From: Acidaminococcus fermentans
GTDB taxonomy: Bacteria; Bacillota_I; Bacilli_A; RF39; UBA660
Assembly (NCBI GenBank): GCA_963660495.1
Contig: CAVKYO010000052.1
Location: 1-60,089, forward strand
Direction: 5' to 3'
Length of the DNA: 60,089 bases
The notes under the pieces were generated by a model. It was not told where the DNA came from, ran no database searches, and saw only the letters and a list, made by a program, of their open reading frames with translations. Below, piece by piece: positions 56,699-60,089 of this stretch. The position numbers were made by a program, and so were the translations under genes. Numbering within the stretch: the first letter of the stretch is position 1; each line of letters starts with the position of its first letter.

Positions 56699-57745
56699 TT
56701 TTTTAATTTTTTGAAGGATGTTCTCCTTCTTTTTTTTGGCTTTTTTATAAATGTCTAGTTGTCCTATTTTTTTGTTGTCTAGGTATATGGTTATGGTCCC
56801 GGCTGTAATTTTTGATTTATCTGTAAAAGTTATTATGGTTTTTATTTTATCTATTTCTTTCTCATTTAATGGATATGAAAAAGATTTTTTTAAATATAAC
56901 ACTTCATTTTTATTTTTGCTAACTTCAAAATTATTTTTATCAACTATTATGTAGTTTCTATATTCAGAAAATAATTGTTCATATAATTTTTGATGAGTTT
57001 CGTATTTACTATCGTCATTTAATGTTACTATAGTTAGATTTAATTTATTTTTTGTTGCTGTTGTTATTAGTGTTTTTCCCGCACTTGGAGTATATCCGTT
57101 TTTTCCTCCTGTCGCGTAATTATAGTTGTTGAGTAATCTATTTCTGTTATACCAAAGATAAGTTTTATTAAATGTCTTGGTTTCATATTTTTTAGTTGAT
57201 GAGATTTGTCTGTATGTTTTATTTTTATATGCGTATTTGGACAGCAGAGCCATATCATATGCTGTTGAGTAATTTTTTGTATCTTCGTCTAATCCATGTG
57301 GGTTTTTGAAAGTGCTGTTGTGCATTCCTATTTCTTTTGCCTTTTTATTCATTAGTTCTACAAATTTTTCTTCACTTCCAGATGTTGCTACAGCTAATGC
57401 TACTGCTGCATCATTACCAGATCTTAGTAATAGACCATATAGCAAGTCTTTTATAGTTATTTTTTCTCCTGGCTCTATGTATATATTTGTACCATACATC
57501 TTTAATACTTCTTGACCTACTTCAATTTCTTTTTCTATATCTGTTGTTTCTAAAACTATTATAGCTGTTAAAACCTTTGTTATTGATGCTATAAGTCTTT
57601 TTTCATTTATATTGTTACCATATAATATTCTTCCTGTGTCTAAATCTATTGCAATTGTTGATGTAGCTTTTGCATAAATTTTAATTGGAAATAAAATTGT
57701 CATAATTATCATTATTGTTAAACTAACTTTTTTCATCTTATCCAC
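56687..57745 (-). CDS. Serine-type D-Ala-D-Ala carboxypeptidase (S11, PBP5/DacA-like)
   Basis: Signal peptide plus motifs SITK, SGN (RSGNDAA) and KNG (GGKNGYT). Confidence 0.85.
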   Translation of the reverse strand: MDKMKKVSLTIMIIMTILFPIKIYAKATSTIAIDLDTGRILYGNNINEKRLIASITKVLTAIIVLETTDIEKEIEVGQEVLKMYGTNIYIEPGEKITIKDLLYGLLLRSGNDAAVALAVATSGSEEKFVELMNKKAKEIGMHNSTFKNPHGLDEDTKNYSTAYDMALLSKYAYKNKTYRQISSTKKYETKTFNKTYLWYNRNRLLNNYNYATGGKNGYTPSAGKTLITTATKNKLNLTIVTLNDDSKYETHQKLYEQLFSEYRNYIIVDKNNFEVSKNKNEVLYLKKSFSYPLNEKEIDKIKTIITFTDKSKITAGTITIYLDNKKIGQLDIYKKAKKKKENILQKIKKLFT

Positions 57746-57850
57746 CTAAATAATTATATGCTATTAAAATAAAATTTTTGTTGCTAGTTTTTTGTTTTTT
57801 CTAGGAAAAATTATTTTTTTCAGAATAATAAGTATGAGGAGATGTTAATT

Positions 57851-58588
57851 ATGGATGAAAATATTGTTACTTTCAAGTCTAAATTTGAAGAAATTAAAAG
57901 TAAAGGTTGGATAGAAGCCAGTTCTAACGGTCGTGGAAATGTGGGCATCACATTTGAAAAAGAGCTTGGTCTCAGTGCCAACCGTTCTGAAAACCCAGAT
58001 TTTAAAGGTATTGAAATAAAAACTAAGCAAAGCAATTTGTATGAGTATGTTACTCTTTTTAGTTCTTCTTTTGATGGTATGTTTCCATTTGAAATGAAAA
58101 GAATTTCTGAAAATTATGGTATGTACGATGAAATATGCCAGAATGCAAAAGTCTTTTTTGGTATTATGCGTGCTAGCGAATTTACAAGAATTGGTAAAAA
58201 ATGGAAATTTAAATTAGATGTTGACTACATCGAAAGGAAAGTATATTTAGCTGTATATGACAATAATAATGTCATTATTGATAGACAAAGTTATTGGAGT
58301 TTTGAACTACTAAAAAGACGTCTAGAAACTAAATTAAATTATTTAGCTTTTGTTTCTGCTAAAAGAAATTTTTTTCATAACAAGGTTTATTTTTTATATT
58401 ATGACGCTAAGCTATTGAAACTAAAGGATTTTGAAACATTTCTTTTCTTACTTGAAAAAGGTATCATTCGTGTTAGCTTTAAAGTTGGTGTATATAGATC
58501 AGGTCCTAAATATGGAAACTATTATGATCACGGAACAAGTTTTGAAATACGTGCTGACGATCTTAACTGTTTGTTTTATACTTTATAG
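57851..58588 (+). CDS. MvaI/BcnI-family type II restriction endonuclease-like protein (solitary)
   Basis: KGWIEASSNGRGNVGITFEKELGLSANRSENPDFKGIEIKTK and the C-terminal YDHGTSFEIR match the family layout as I remember BcnI. Start is taken at the second ATG, 9 nt after AGGAG. Confidence 0.55.
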   Translation: MDENIVTFKSKFEEIKSKGWIEASSNGRGNVGITFEKELGLSANRSENPDFKGIEIKTKQSNLYEYVTLFSSSFDGMFPFEMKRISENYGMYDEICQNAKVFFGIMRASEFTRIGKKWKFKLDVDYIERKVYLAVYDNNNVIIDRQSYWSFELLKRRLETKLNYLAFVSAKRNFFHNKVYFLYYDAKLLKLKDFETFLFLLEKGIIRVSFKVGVYRSGPKYGNYYDHGTSFEIRADDLNCLFYTL

Positions 58589-58611
58589 ACTTGAAATATA
58601 AATCGTTTAAT

Positions 58612-58887
58612 TTAGATATATAAATTAAATGTTTTTTTATTTTCATTATTTTTTGCATAATATTGGATTATTGGAAAAATTTTCCATTTTTGTAAGAAGA
58701 TGTCAATTAATAATAAAAATTTAATCTTATTAAAACTCAAATCATTATAATAAGTTTGTACTAACTTTAAAACTGCTAAGCAAATTTGGTTTAATATTTC
58801 TAAATTGCTTACTTCATTTTCTTCTAAATTAATATTTTTATCTTCTTTGAAGACAATACCTAATAGTACAGGTAAATTATTTACCAA
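58612..58887 (-). CDS. Hypothetical protein, possibly a gene fragment
   Basis: 91-aa ORF with a TTG start. The open frame continues upstream to about 58960 without a start codon. No recognisable motif. Confidence 0.25.
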   Translation of the reverse strand: MVNNLPVLLGIVFKEDKNINLEENEVSNLEILNQICLAVLKLVQTYYNDLSFNKIKFLLLIDIFLQKWKIFPIIQYYAKNNENKKTFNLYI

Positions 58888-58990
58888 TTTCCTACATTTT
58901 ATTTTACCATTTACAACTAATGATAAAGGATCTATTTTTCCTCTATAATTTCCAAATTTGAAGTGACTAGATTATTTTTTCGTTTTTTAA

Positions 58991-60018
58991 TATCAATACA
59001 TAATCCCTTTTTACTTTTTCATTGTCAAACCTGCTTTTTTTGGAGTGTCTGAGGCATTTGTAGTAAGAATACAATTTGTTAAATCATATTTTGAATATCT
59101 ATCCAATACTGGAAAATCATCTGCAGTGAATTCATATATAAAGGATTCTAAGAATCATATTAGTTCCTACTTTCAGGATTATTTTGTGGATGATAATATA
59201 TTCAAGTAATTCGTTTATGAGCAGAGAAAATGGATAAAAAGTACTTTTCAATAGCATATAAAAATAAAATATATAATATTCTTTGTAAAATCTTTGATTA
59301 TGCTATAAGGCAATATGACTTAAATAATAATCCAGCAAGAGATTTTGGATGTTTTCAACAAAAACAAGATACTGTTATTAGAGATGAATATAAAATCAGT
59401 TATATTACTTTTGATGAATTTAATAAATTCTTATCTGTAATTAATGATTTGTGAGATAGAACATTTTTTATATTTGCATATTACACTGGTTGCAGTTCTG
59501 GTGAAATTCAAGCAATTACATGGGAAGATATTAACTTTAATACAAATGAAATATCAATTAATAAAACACTATATGAATAGACAGCTGGTAAAATTGATAT
59601 AACTTCCACTAAAAATAACCAAAACAGAAAAATTAAAATGAGTAAGTTTTTGGTTGAATCCTTACTCATATATAAAAATGAAGTAAAAAAATATACCGAT
59701 TTTAAAGAGACATGGTTTGTATTTGGTAATACCAGATTTCTTCCAAAGACCACTATAAATAGGCATAAAGACTACTATTTCAAACTAATTGGTGTACATA
59801 GAATAACTATGCATGAGTTTAGACATAGTCATGTATCACTATTAATAAATGAATATGTAAAAACATCAAAAGAAAAAAATATGAAAGTAGATACAGCAAA
59901 GTTTTTCCTAATGATGTCTAACAGAATGGGGCACACTATCCAAGTAATGCAAAATACATATATGCATCTATTTCCAACAATACAAGATGAGATTGTCGAC
60001 TTATTAGACAATCTTTAA
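58991..60018 (+). pseudogene. Decayed tyrosine recombinase (phage-type integrase)
   Basis: An N-terminal SAM-like segment (frame 2, ends TAA 59207) shifts into the core frame. In-frame TGA at 59452 and TAG at 59578. The catalytic tail is intact (HEFRHSH...GHT...YMH). Confidence 0.8.
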
Positions 60019-60089
60019 AAAGTATCAAAAATTAAGAAAGACTCTTATAATAAAAACTGGATAAGTCAAGTTATGCAAAATTTGATAAA

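Noticed and set aside
59452-59454. In-frame TGA in the integrase as evidence for genetic code 4 (TGA = Trp)
   Set aside because: Host genes in this window clearly terminate at TGA (the accessory protein, peptide A and yqzL). The same relic also carries an in-frame TAG and a frameshift, so it is simply a pseudogene.
1-60089. CRISPR arrays, rRNA genes, intact IS elements or prophage blocks
   Set aside because: No regularly spaced repeats of 24-40 bp, no rRNA-like GC-rich conserved segments and no transposase-length ORFs were seen. The only tandem repeats are the 26-bp and 11-bp duplications, each with two copies.

Overview
This is a 60-kb chromosomal segment from a very AT-rich, low-GC Firmicute. 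Gene order matches Bacilli or Erysipelotrichia-like spore formers; the taxon is inferred from synteny only. About 90% of genes lie on the minus strand. Housekeeping blocks: mraZ-rsmH-ftsL-pbp2B; thrS with a T-box leader; dnaI; comEA-comEC; an FtsW/RodA homolog; def; smc; rpsO-pnp-ylxY; rimP-nusA-ylxR-infB-rbfA; and rpsU-yqfC-yqfD-vanZ-ybeY-dgkA-cdd-era-yqzL-recO. One tRNA-Arg(UCU) is present. There is no rRNA, CRISPR array or intact mobile element. Accessory and unusual content: (1) An operon between tRNA-Arg and rpsU that the ORF track only partly shows. It has a C39-peptidase ABC exporter, a 133-aa accessory protein, two sub-60-aa peptides with matching 15-aa double-glycine-type leaders, and an overlapping 54-aa single-TM ORF. 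I read it as a two-peptide bacteriocin locus. (2) A 25-nt identical element (TTTCGAATAATAAAGTAGGAGGTGA) sits directly in front of both comEA and the bacteriocin exporter, and a third 17-nt copy lies elsewhere. Its core resembles the streptococcal ComX cin-box TACGAATA, which suggests competence-bacteriocin co-regulation. (3) An in-frame VanY (M15 peptidase)-TruB fusion. (4) A tandem pair of diverged paralogs that share a ~97% identical 154-nt 5' module, plus a dead fragment of the neighbouring gene. (5) Two genes broken at A7 homopolymers: a NERD-HRDC protein and a membrane protein. (6) A solitary MvaI/BcnI-family restriction endonuclease next to a decayed tyrosine integrase. (7) A membrane protein with two J domains and a LysM ectodomain. 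All calls rest on reading translated motifs and sequence by eye; no database search was possible.
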